NCBI GenBank assembly: GCA_010093995.1
Contig: ML992505.1
Location: forward strand, 746,273 to 810,272
DNA: 64,000 bases
Source of the DNA: Elsinoe ampelina
Lineage: Eukaryota
Reading direction: 5' to 3'
The notes under the pieces are model-generated. The model saw only the letters and a program-made list of their open reading frames with translations, was not told the DNA's origin and did not search any database. Below are positions 26,625 to 37,690 of the stretch, in pieces. A program made the position numbers and the translations under genes. The number at the start of each line of letters is the position of its first letter. The first letter of the stretch is position 1.

Positions 26625-28166
26625 TCACCCCAGAAGATCCTCACAACCACACCCATCCCCACTCAACACCTCCCCGACCCTCCCCACCTCCATCTCACAC
26701 ACCCCTCTCCCCCCAAGACAAGCCGCCAACAACGCCCCTTCATCCGCCGTCCACCCCACCCCCACCTCCCGTTCGAGCAAAACCAACGTGTCCCCCAACG
26801 GACCCTCGGCCTCCCTCCCCATCGCCTTCCCCGCCGCGCAATCCAGCATCCTCAACCGGTCCGAAGAGCGAAAAACATGCGACGCCGACGGCACAGACCC
26901 ATGCTCCCGGGCACGACCCCGCCGTCCCGCAACGGGAAAGACAAAGGTGTACTCGTCCTCTCCACCATCACGGCGAGGGATCATGTGGCGGTGGAGTTCG
27001 TGGCGGGAGAGGGCTGTAGCGGCGAGGGGACGCCAGTGCAGGAGCGAGTCCAGGTTCGCTCCGGAATTCGGCACGGTGGTGTCGTGGAAGAGACGGACGT
27101 TCAGGGACGTGAGACCGCGGATCGAGCGGCGGATGTGTGCGAGGACGAGGTCCCATGGGTTTGTGTTGATCTGAAGTGATTGCATGTCCGAGTCGGTGAG
27201 GTGGAGGACGATGTGGGCTTCTTTGATTGTCTCGGGGAGCAAAGGTAGGCTCGGTAGAGGGGAGAGGTTGGTATTGTCCAGTAGAATGATCGGGGTGCAT
27301 GTTTCCGCGGCGGAAACGTGGGCTTGGGCGAATTCGCGTCGGATGGTGGTGTCGGTGAGCAGGGCGGCGCCGCAGTAGTTGGTGTCCGTCGCCGTCGTGA
27401 ACATGTGTCGTTTGGGAGTGTTGGCCCGGCAGTCTATGGTCCATCGGTGGTGGTCGAGTAGTTGGGCATACACCCCTTGCCGAATGTCTCGATCCAAGGA
27501 ACCAAGGCCGCGCAAGTTGCGTCTCTGCATGGCCACTAGTGATGATCGTCTCTCATCCTTGGGTACTTTCCATTTTCCTTCCTCGGCATCGATTTTGTCT
27601 TCATCTTCAAGAATCCCCCATTCTCCGTTCCATTGCATAGAAGGTCGCGGCACGGCATACCGTCGGTGTGGCGGTGATGCTTCCAAGATGCGTTCGACTT
27701 GGTGACTAGACTGGAGTGTGACATTCTCAATGAGCCAAAGTTGGTCCGAACCTGGAATGTGCTGAAAGTGACGGTGGATGCAGACTCCGTAACGCTTCAT
27801 GTAGCCCGAATAAAAGACTCTACCATCACGATGGATCATGGTCAATTTGCCGTGTGCCCATCCCTGGCTAGACAACTTTGACAAGTTAGTCTTGTACATG
27901 ACGAGAAAATCCCGATACTTCTTGTCGAGTTTAGATACGTTGACCCGGCGCGCGAAACGCTCAATATCTAGACTGGCCATGAAATCGAAGCAAAGAGATT
28001 GGTCCCGTAACTTTTTGTGAGTAGCGTACAGAAAGGCACCGAGTATCGCGCAGGGTTCTCCATCACCGTCGCCGTTTTGAACCTCTAGTATTCGTCTCTG
28101 ACGATCAATGACTGCAACGTATCTGGTCAGCTCGTAATTGTTGACATGACTTAGGTCCTGACCCAT
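26625..28166 (-). CDS. Hypothetical protein (513 aa)
   Basis: Long ATG-initiated ORF with protein-like composition; no recognisable motif. Confidence 0.6.
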   Translation of the reverse strand: MGQDLSHVNNYELTRYVAVIDRQRRILEVQNGDGDGEPCAILGAFLYATHKKLRDQSLCFDFMASLDIERFARRVNVSKLDKKYRDFLVMYKTNLSKLSSQGWAHGKLTMIHRDGRVFYSGYMKRYGVCIHRHFQHIPGSDQLWLIENVTLQSSHQVERILEASPPHRRYAVPRPSMQWNGEWGILEDEDKIDAEEGKWKVPKDERRSSLVAMQRRNLRGLGSLDRDIRQGVYAQLLDHHRWTIDCRANTPKRHMFTTATDTNYCGAALLTDTTIRREFAQAHVSAAETCTPIILLDNTNLSPLPSLPLLPETIKEAHIVLHLTDSDMQSLQINTNPWDLVLAHIRRSIRGLTSLNVRLFHDTTVPNSGANLDSLLHWRPLAATALSRHELHRHMIPRRDGGEDEYTFVFPVAGRRGRAREHGSVPSASHVFRSSDRLRMLDCAAGKAMGREAEGPLGDTLVLLEREVGVGWTADEGALLAACLGGRGVCEMEVGRVGEVLSGDGCGCEDLLG

Positions 28167-28666
28167 GATGGATGATGTTGGTATTCGAATGAGAAGCAGA
28201 ATGGATCTGAGAGATGACTTGGGGCGGATCGTTCATATACTAGCCCGACGCACAAAGGAAGTGATGACTAGAAACGATCAGGTGTCCGCCGTAAGCGGAC
28301 GATAATCATTGTGTTGGGTAGTCGAGGCAATAGAGACAAAGGGAATGAATGCACTTCCCCCATGGTTCTAGATCTAGAGCCACTGCAAGTCACAATAACA
28401 ATCGGTAGACCATAATAGAAAATTGTTCCGACCTGATCCACCACAAGAGTAAGATAAACATCATCATTCGTATCCGGATCGCAGGGCTAGAAATCCGAGG
28501 TCAACCGTTTGGGGTGCGAGGGCTCGTGTTGAGGAATGTCACCCCAGACAAACCCCGTCTTCCCATAACATTCCATCGCTCGCGCGGTATCAGGTACCGT
28601 CGCCGCACCCAAACAATGCATGAACGCTTCGCTACCCACCCCTTGGACCCAGCTTCCTACGGCACC

Positions 28667-29525
28667 TCACACTACGTCTTCCCTAGCCTTCCTGTTCTTA
28701 CCCAGGATTCGCTCCACCAGCTCCACCGACCCAGCCCCTGTCTCTAAGATCTTCGCCACAATATGCAACACCGCGGCAATTACCGGCAACGTGGCTCCTA
28801 GCTTCCCGACCGAACCCGACAGACTACCAGCATGTCCCAGCATGAATGCCAGACTATCGGCCCAGTATGCTGACGCTTTGATCAACTTGACGGCTGATTT
28901 GTCATGGGGCAAGCGCGTGAAGGCCGCAGCGACGAATTGGGATGCTATGGCCATGCAAATAAGGAGGTCGAGGAGGTCGCGCTTGAGTAGGGTGAAAGGA
29001 TGGACAGAGACCAGTACATTGATCAGGGAGGCGACGGGGCGGCTGAGTCCGGTGTGGAAGCAGAGGGAACAGATGTTCGCGACGCAGTCGTGGAGGAATT
29101 GGGTGGCGGATATGGCTAGATTGATCTCGTTGACCTGGAGCTTGACCATGATGGAGCTGTTGGAAGTTGTCGCCGTATTGATGATCTGGAGGTTGACGGG
29201 TGGTGGGTTGACTATGTAGTGCAAGAGGAAGCCGTGGAGTATGGTGATGGCAAGAAGGAGGAAAAGGGCGAATACGATGCGCCAGAGGGGTAGTGGGCAG
29301 TCATTTGGTCCTCGTGCATGATCATCTGGACATGCAGTACCCGCAGAAGCAGGACTGTTGACTTGAGATGGGATCTGTGAATCGCTGCTGGCGTTGTGGT
29401 CTTGGTCGCCTTCAGACCGTGCCAGGTATCCAGCGAGGTCCGTGTTATGATTGTGATTGTGATTGTGATTGTGATTGTGATTGTGATTGTGATTGTGTGA
29501 GTGCCTGTCGCGGGGGAAGAGACCC
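28667..29525 (-). CDS. Hypothetical membrane protein; 5' end uncertain
   Basis: The frame of ORF 28667-29224 stays open upstream to ~29563 and adds a hydrophobic helix (WRIVFALFLLLAITILHGFLL) and an (HN)n tract. No upstream ATG, so an unidentified exon or an internal Met is needed. Confidence 0.4.
29449..29496. repeat. (GATTGT)8 microsatellite
   Basis: Eight perfect hexamer copies. Confidence 0.95.
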
Positions 29526-29851
29526 CTAATTGCTTCAGCCGCAAGTTGGACGATAACAGCAAATCATGCGTGAGTCTTGTGGATGAACGATGCTACCGAT
29601 AAGACCGAAGATGCCGAAGTGTAGTCGGAAGAAAAATCGAGATGAGTATAAAGGTGAAATGGTGCAGACGAGATGGAGATGGAGGAAGTGTTGTGAAGGA
29701 GAATTTGACCACTTTACAGAACAAGATGGAAGCGACTCCCATCGCGCTGCGGCCAGCCAGTTGCATTCACGGGGATAATCTGATTCTGGGAGAGTATTAG
29801 CTGATTCACAGAATGATCTGACAAAAAAGAGACCATACATTTGCACATTCT

Positions 29852-32800
29852 TCAGTCTCTGTCCCTCTCCCTGTCCCTTTCCCTGTCACGGTCACGGTCG
29901 CCTCTATCTCTATCCCGCTCTCTATCCCTGTCTCGATCGCGGTCCTTTTCCCTTTCCCGCTCCCTATCACGATCACTGCGATCTCGGTCACGTTCCCGGT
30001 CCCTATCCCTATCTCGATCCCTTCTGTCCCGACTGTAGTCATCCGCCGAAGCCATCGGGTTGGGCGGTGGCGGTCCAGGTGCATAACCTTGTGGCATCGG
30101 AGGTGGAGGACCAGGATGTGCAAAGTTACCTGCTGGCGGTGGGCCGGGATGAGAGAAGTTGGCTGGTGGTGCACCAGATGGAGGACCGAGAGAATTGGTG
30201 GCGGGAGGTGCGGAGAAGTTGGCCTGTGGTGGAGCGGAAGGAGCTGAGCCTTCGAGCATACGAGGTGCCCGCTTCCGATCATCGCGGTCGTCATCGGAGG
30301 AAGATTCAGAGTACTCGTCTGCTTCACGGCGTGCTCGGCGGCGTGCTTCTCGATCTTCGTCTCGGTCTCGATCTCTTTCACGCTCTCTTTCACGCTGAGA
30401 TTTACGCTCACGTGTGCCTGTGGAGGTCAGTAGTGTGCATCAATGAGATCCATGAGACATACGCCTTATCTCGGCCGTCAACTCAGCCAGCTTATTCAGC
30501 TCTTCTTCAGTCACGACACGAAGGATGATGACATGATCTTTCCGTTCTTCATATCTCTCCTTGGCCATTTCGAGTGCGTCTGGGTTGACGAAGCTGCGCT
30601 TGACTTTTGTCCATCTAGCATTCTCAGGAATGTTTCGAGGAATATTTTTCTGCTCCACGTCGGTGCCTGTGTTTGTCATCTGATGGGGGTATACGTACGT
30701 CTTTTAGAGGTGCTACACCTTCTCTGACAGGATTCGGGTCCTCGGGAAATTGTTGCTTGGGTTTCTTGAGAATCCCTTTGGGCTTGTTCTCGACCTCCGA
30801 GGGTGGTTCGACAATCCTGACTCTGGGCTTTTTGTCCCCAGTATCGTTCATGCCTTCACTTGAACCGGAGGATTGGAGCTTCTCCAGTGCACCATTGGCG
30901 TATCTGTCAGAAACCCGGGTGGCCTCATCTGATCCCGGTCGGCGGAGTGCTCTCGGCGACTGCACTTCATAATCATTGTATCGGTCGTCACGGTCTCTTC
31001 GGGATGGTTCTGGTGCCTGTGCGTACTGAGGAAAGGGTTCAGGTCGAGATCGAGTCGCTTCTTGTTGAGCAGCTTGAAGACGTCTTCGATACTCTTCATC
31101 AGGGTCGACAGTGGCAGGAGGTGCCGTGGGTGGATCAGGCTGTCTTGGTGGAGGTCGATAGCTGTCTTCAGGGTAAGTAGGGTCAGGTGCTACTCGAATA
31201 TCCTCCACCTCACGTTGTCGTCGGCGACTTCGTTCTTCATCGGTAGGTGGGTCATTGTCTCGTCTGTCCTTGTCCGACTTTTTACCGACCACCTCACCAG
31301 CACCGTAAGCAGCAGCGGCAGCTCCAGCAGCTCCGACCATGGCTGCGGGCAGCATACCTCCAAGCTTTGTATCGTATGGATCTTCGACGTATCGAGAGTC
31401 GTGCCGCCTATCCTTATCTCTGTCGCGGTCCTTCTCTCGCTCGCGATCCTTCTCTCGTTCGCTATCTCGATCCCGGTGACGATCATAGTCCTTCTCATAG
31501 TCCCTATCGTCATCTCTGTGTCGCCGTGACTCCTTTAGCCTGTCCTCATATTCGTCCCTAGTATCTCGACGAGACTCCTTTTCTCTCCTTCGTCCGTCAT
31601 CTCGGTAGTCATCTCGTGATCGTTCCTTGTCGGCATCCGGTGGGTAGTAGAGTCTGGGGTCCGGGATATCCTGTCGAGCATCGTATGACCTTGCATAGTC
31701 TCGAGGATCCACTCTGGGATCAGACGTCGGCGGTAGAAGTCGGTCATCATAGGATGGTCGCTTCTCAAAACTCTCATTACTGCCACGTCCGCCATGCCTA
31801 TCGATACTTGCTGCTCGAATGCCGAAACCACGTCTCTCTACACTCGCGTCCTTGTACCGAGGTTGCGTCCTTTCATATCCTCGGGACTCTCGTCGATCAT
31901 CGTATGTGTCTCCTATATATCTGTCGGTGTACGAAGTGACTACCGGACTTCCGTACTGTCCAGCTGGAACCATGATTGGAGCAGGTGGATAGTCGTGAGT
32001 AATTGGCGCCGATCTTGGTGGGGCTCTTTGGACGTGATCAGCGTACGGATCGAGGGTTCCAGATGGTCCCGGTATGGTATTTCCTCTTCTGGCATATCTC
32101 GACTTGTCGCCGACCTCATCCTGCGAATTGTATCCATTATCCTCGAACGTGCTTCGATGAATGGAAGGCTTGTGAGCATGTCGAGAGCTGTTAGACCTCG
32201 AGATTGTCTCGTTATACCTGTCAAGACCTCTCGAAAGTGGTGGACCAAGGTCTCTTTGGCTGTGACGCGGTGAAGACTCCAATATCACACTCTGAGGACG
32301 CTCACGTGCTCCATCGACAGATCCCTTTCGACGTCGCCGGGTGATTGGTTCTGTACCAGAATACATATCGGCAGGTTGAATGTATTCCCTCGATATGGTC
32401 TCGCGTGTGGAGGGTCCCGTGAGGTGATATTCCTTCCCGCCACGTGATCCTCCAGTTGTGACATAGCCATTGCGATCAACGCTGGTCCTACGATGATGAC
32501 CTGACTTGTCTAAACTCTGTTGACGACTGTGCCCTCTTTTGCTCTCCACATCGACCAATCGTGTCTTGTTCTCATCAACTGCATACATCTTCTTCACGCC
32601 TTTCGAGTGGGATTCATGCTTGGGTAGAGGAGATGTTGGCCTCGCAGAAGAAATGATAGGCTTTGATCGTGACTCGCTAGGGAATATGGCGCTTGTAGGT
32701 CTAGGTACTTCGTTGAATGTTGATCGTCTTGGTCGTCCATGAGTCTCGTATAGCCTGTCTCCAAGTCGGTCACCTGCTCTTTCCCTGGCATAATGCTGCG

Positions 32801-32942
32801 ACGATGCTGGTATGATTCTGTCGGCGCTAGCTCGTGGCGACGCATAATCATATCCTCTGAGATCTGTCGTGTTGATATCGCTCAATCTTCCATAATTCTG
32901 AATTGCTCTCCTCCCTGGAGAGTTTGTCCGGTGGTATGACAT
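29852..32942 (-). CDS. Low-complexity R/D/E-rich protein with a conserved fungal C-terminal domain (DUF8035-like); 3 exons
   Basis: ATG 32942 (MSYHRT). Introns at ~30652-30698 and ~30418-30461 join ORFs 30624-33038, 30440-30679 and 29852-30259. Motifs KPKGILKKP..FPEDPNPVREGVAPLKD and IPENARWTK..VNPDAL..ERYEER..VIILRV. Confidence 0.8.
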
Positions 32943-34211
32943 GAGTGCGGCTGAGGTTTTCCAGCGGCGGGGAAGCGGTGAAGAATCGCGAATATCGACT
33001 TCTAAGTCGAGAATAGAAGAGAAAGTGGCGTGAACCACAATGGGAATATCATGAGAGGCAGTCGTAATACGAACGGCAGAGGTTCGTGGTTGGCGTTGGC
33101 GTGCAGATGTAGCGGGGAGTTTAATGAGGGTGTGACGTGCAGGAGCGGAGCGGAGATGAAGTGGGAAAGATGCGCTGCTGACAGGTCTGCAAGTCGTCTA
33201 TTGTGATATCCAGCGGCTCTGTTTTGTCTCGGATGCTATAGCTTGTCTGGACGTTTGTAAAGAAAAGAAAAGCAGCGCAGTGACGGTCAGCCCTGCGAAA
33301 GTGTGACGGACGGCAATCAATGCAGCTGGAAAATGGAACACCTGGAACCCTGACAAGTGTGACGTTTTCTGGTCGATGCTTCAGCTTTGAATTTTGAGTG
33401 GACCACCTTTCCCAACGCATGATTCGGAAGGGGCATGTCCTTCTACCACAATACTATCAACCTGTCCCACTGAGCATCCTACCAAGAGCCGCTCCTCCTT
33501 CAGTTGGGCATCATTGTCCATCCTCGATGTCGTAGCAATCTCTTCTCTCCTCTTCGTACCCACCGATCCACACCAGGACCAAGCCATCGAGTGCACCGTG
33601 GTACAGTCCACGTTCCATCCAAGACTTTTGTTTCTGTGCTACACTGGTGCCTGATATTGAAGTTTGTACTGTAGATCCACCAGGTCGGCGACATTAAAAT
33701 TATTTGCGCCTTGGGCATCACTGCAGCTTGGGGCGTATTCTTCTTGACTCGTAGGACCATGGCTTGAGGGGTCTGCATACCTTGTCGATCACGTTACCGG
33801 ATTTGTTTGCATGCAGCTCAAGGGCATATGTTTGACGAGTGGTATTCTATCATTTGAAGCCCGAAGGTGATGAAAGATCGGCCATGGGTCTTGCCATCAC
33901 GGCATCCTGATCTATACCGCCTAGGCTTATCGATAAAGAGTGGGGTCAATAGACTGGCTCACCTCGAGTAGCACGACGGTGTCTTTCAAAACGAGAGGAT
34001 CCGAGTTCGCTGTTCTTTGAGTACAATGGAGAACCGGCAAGTACAGTCAGTGGCTACAGCATCGAGCTCGCCGTCTTTTATTGATTGGCCTGAAGCGTGA
34101 TCTTGTCGAGCACAGGTAAGCAGTTTGGACCTCCTTATCGGATGTGACATCCGTTCTTCTCCGCCTTTGAAATGAGCATAGGTTCGACCTTGACCACTCC
34201 ATTACCACAGC

Positions 34212-35660
34212 ATGGACGAGATCAGTGGGCAAGATGCTGCTGTATTGAACATTGTCATCATCGGAGCTGGGCTTGGGGGACTTTCCGCTGCTGTCGCGCT
34301 GAGGAAGGCCGGTCATTATGTCACTGTCTACGAAGCAGCTAAAGAGTTGATGACAGTAGGTGAAGCCCAGGGCATAGTCTTTCTTGCCAAGTCGCTAATG
34401 TCGTTCCAGGCCGGTGCAGGGATTCAAATCCCCCCTCCAAGCACAAGAATCCTCAAGAAATGGGGACTCGTGGAAGCCCTTGAACCATTCGTGACGACTC
34501 CAGAGCAATGGAACTTCCGACACTACTCAGACGACCGACTCCTTGGATCAATACCACTCAATCCATTCTGCTCAGACAGATACGGCAGTCCATGGTGGTG
34601 TACCCACCGAGCCGACTACCAACGCATCCTCTACTCGAACGCCCTCTCTCTCGGAGCAACCATCAACCTTGACCACCCAGTCATCTCCCTCGATCCCCTC
34701 GTCCCCTCCATCACCACCCCCCACATCACTCACAAAGCAGACCTCATCATCGCCTCCGACGGCCTCCGCTCACTCACCCGCACCCATCTCTTCCCCACCC
34801 ACTCGGGCCCCCTGGCAACCAACATCTGCGCCTACCGCGCCCTCGTCCCCCTCCCTTCTGGACCCCCATCTGCAAATCCAACAGTGGAAGTTCACCTCGG
34901 CCCCTCCCTCTTCACCCTCTCGTACCCTATCCGCCCCCTCTCGCCACTGCAGAACTACGTCCTGGGCCACCCCTTCTCGTCCCACGATCCCTCCATCCGC
35001 TTCCCCCGTCCCATCATCCTCTCCACCGTAGCAGAAGAATACGCCTCCTTCTCCCCCCCCATCCGCTCGAAGATCGCACACTTCAAACCCGAAGTCGCCT
35101 CTTCATTTTTCCTCTCTTCTCGTCCCTCAAATTCCTCCATGGCACCCTCGGCCAGGGACGATGGGAAAGGAGAGATCCTCGAATGGCGCCTCTCCTCCCT
35201 CCCGCCTCTACCCTCTTGGTCCTCCCCCAACGGCAAGGTCCTCCTTCTAGGCGACGCAGCCCACGCGAGTCTGCCATTCATGTCCGCCGGCGCGAGCATG
35301 GCCGTGGAAGACGCCGCGTGTCTCGCCGCCCTACTGGCTCCTGACGTGGTGGAGTGGTTGGGGCTGGAGGGGGCGGTGAGGGGGTATGAGACGATTCGCA
35401 AAGAGCGGGCGGAGGAGATGGGGAGGTTGAGTTTGGGGGATGCGGGGAGTTGGGGGTTGGGAGGGGAGGAGGCGGGGAGGAGGGATGAGGTGATCGGGGA
35501 GATGGGAGGGGAGGGATGGGAGGGTGTGGGGAGGAGGGTGAAGGAGGAGGGGTTGGGGGAGTGGAATTTTGGGGATCTGGGGGTGATGGATTGGGCTTGG
35601 GGATATGATGTGTTGGAGGATGTGGGAGGGTGGTTGGAGAGGGATGGGAGGCGGAGGTGA
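34212..35660 (+). CDS. FAD-dependent monooxygenase (salicylate hydroxylase-like)
   Basis: GAGLGG Rossmann motif, DLIIASDG, LLGDAAH. Probable in-frame 54 nt intron at 34356-34409. Confidence 0.9.
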   Translation: MDEISGQDAAVLNIVIIGAGLGGLSAAVALRKAGHYVTVYEAAKELMTVGEAQGIVFLAKSLMSFQAGAGIQIPPPSTRILKKWGLVEALEPFVTTPEQWNFRHYSDDRLLGSIPLNPFCSDRYGSPWWCTHRADYQRILYSNALSLGATINLDHPVISLDPLVPSITTPHITHKADLIIASDGLRSLTRTHLFPTHSGPLATNICAYRALVPLPSGPPSANPTVEVHLGPSLFTLSYPIRPLSPLQNYVLGHPFSSHDPSIRFPRPIILSTVAEEYASFSPPIRSKIAHFKPEVASSFFLSSRPSNSSMAPSARDDGKGEILEWRLSSLPPLPSWSSPNGKVLLLGDAAHASLPFMSAGASMAVEDAACLAALLAPDVVEWLGLEGAVRGYETIRKERAEEMGRLSLGDAGSWGLGGEEAGRRDEVIGEMGGEGWEGVGRRVKEEGLGEWNFGDLGVMDWAWGYDVLEDVGGWLERDGRRR

Positions 35661-35788
35661 TGCTGAAACCTTTGGTCTCTTTGTGGCTGGTATAGACAGT
35701 GTGTTATCGTCCAATATCGACTTTGCATGTCCATCTGACTTTGGTACCCCCCTCGAACGCCATGCTAAACGAATGATCCTCAGCCCTT

Positions 35789-36649
35789 TTACAATATTGT
35801 GCATTGATTACCATGCTTTCTTCGTCTCCGCCTCCGCCGTCGATGGCGATCCTCGTAATCATCCTCGTAATCGGTTCGATGTCGGCGGTTCCAGTGTCCT
35901 GTGTCATCCGTCCTCTGCCTTGTCAGGTCTCTGCGGATGATCTGCCGGCATACATCGATAAAGACTTCATTGACATTGGCTCTCCGTCGTGCGCTCGTCT
36001 CGTAGTAAGGTGTATTCCCCCAGTTCTGCGATGTGGCAAAGGCTCGTGCTCGTGATACTTGCCGGGCGTCTTCGAGGTCTGATTTGTTGCCAACCAGGAC
36101 GATCGGGACATTCGGATCATCTTTGAGATTGACCAGTTGCTCTCGAAGTTCGTCTAATTCTTCCAAGGAGCTTTTTGATGTTATGCTGAACACCAGAAGG
36201 AATCCTTGTCCGGACTTCATGTAGATTTCTCTCATTGCCGCTGGAGTAAGTTAGTGATGACCCTTATAAAAAGCCGTTAAACCATACTAAACTGCTCTGT
36301 CCCAGCGGTATCAAGAATCTCCAAGACCACTTGACGTCCCTTTTCATGTTAGAAATGTATTTCAATTGATGTAGATCGCCGTACATCGACCTCGATTTGC
36401 TTCCTATATGTATCTTCGATTGTCGGATCATATCGCTCAACAAAGATGCCCGACACGAATTGAGCGGTCAGACAACTCTTCCCTACACCACCTGATAAGA
36501 TTAGCATGATCTTTCCCCACGGATAAGACCGTCAAACCTGATCCAAGTACTACAATGTGATACTCTCTACAAACAGTCAGCAACGTCCATCTTGCACTCG
36601 AGTTGACCAACCTTTGTGGACCACTTCTACTTGGACCACTTCGAGACAT
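35789..36649 (-). CDS. rsr1: Rap1/Rsr1 (Bud1)-like Ras GTPase; 5 exons
   Basis: Spliced product [36 protein letters not shown] (Thr at Ras position 61, a Rap signature)..NKSD..ETSA, polybasic tail, CaaX CTIL. Confidence 0.9.
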
Positions 36650-37690
36650 GTCAAAAAGCACAGACGCTCCAACAGATGGACCCAAAAGTCTAGAGCTTCA
36701 AGTCTTGCAATCCGGAAAGTCGCAGGTTTATTTACACTTCGGTTGCCTTTCCGGGATCTGCAAAGAATTGGGTGGTAGGACACCAAAGCGCCCGACCGTG
36801 GTTCAGGGATTCGTCAAGGGTTGGTATGACGAGGAAGAGTGTGCAGATCGTGTCTCCCAATGTCGCGTCAACGACTCCAGGATCGCGTGAGGTCCCAAAC
36901 GTTGGAAGGGTTGTATGTCCCGTCAACCGTTGGAGGTAAAGTAGGAGCTTTGACTTTGAGGTGGCATGTGATTGAGATTGACCAAAGACAAAAAATTGAT
37001 CGTCTGGAGATCTCGGAGGTTCTCCAAATTGATAGAATGTTCATACCATGACGAATGATGGAGGGTGATATGACTACACACTGATCAAAAATGACTGCAG
37101 ATTGAGGGAGAGAAACAAAAATGTCAGTGTGTGTAACCACGACGGATAATGTACCAAAAAAAAAAAGATGCCGGGGCAAGTCGCCAGGACGAGGGGTTCA
37201 CTTGGTTCAGGTATTGTGGTTGTGATTTTTGGTACTGTCTCGTCTCTTCATTCGCCGGATTCGCGGCAATTGCCCTTGAAGAAGCGCCACGTACGGAGTC
37301 GTGCAGTACAGCATACCGTCCGTTTGCATTACATTACTCGTCTACGGAGCTGTCTCGGAGGCGGATGGACCTCGAAAAAGGCATATCAACCAATCGAAGA
37401 TCCATATCGTCACTTGTCCAAATCTCTGGGACCTAGAGTACACTTGCTGTGCCGCCAGCTCGCTCCGGTTCATGCGATATGAGAAAGGCGTCGCCACGGC
37501 TGCAAGATGACTAGGGGACGTGCATGTTCAAAATGGACTTGTGGTGATGAGCCAATAAAGACAAAGACCTCTGTCCCACACTTTTGATTGGTGGCTTAGT
37601 CGCGTAAACCTCTGCAGTTGCACTGTCATGACTCGAGTCAGCTACAATTGACAGCTGCACCTTGAATGTTTGATAATGGTATAGGCAAAG

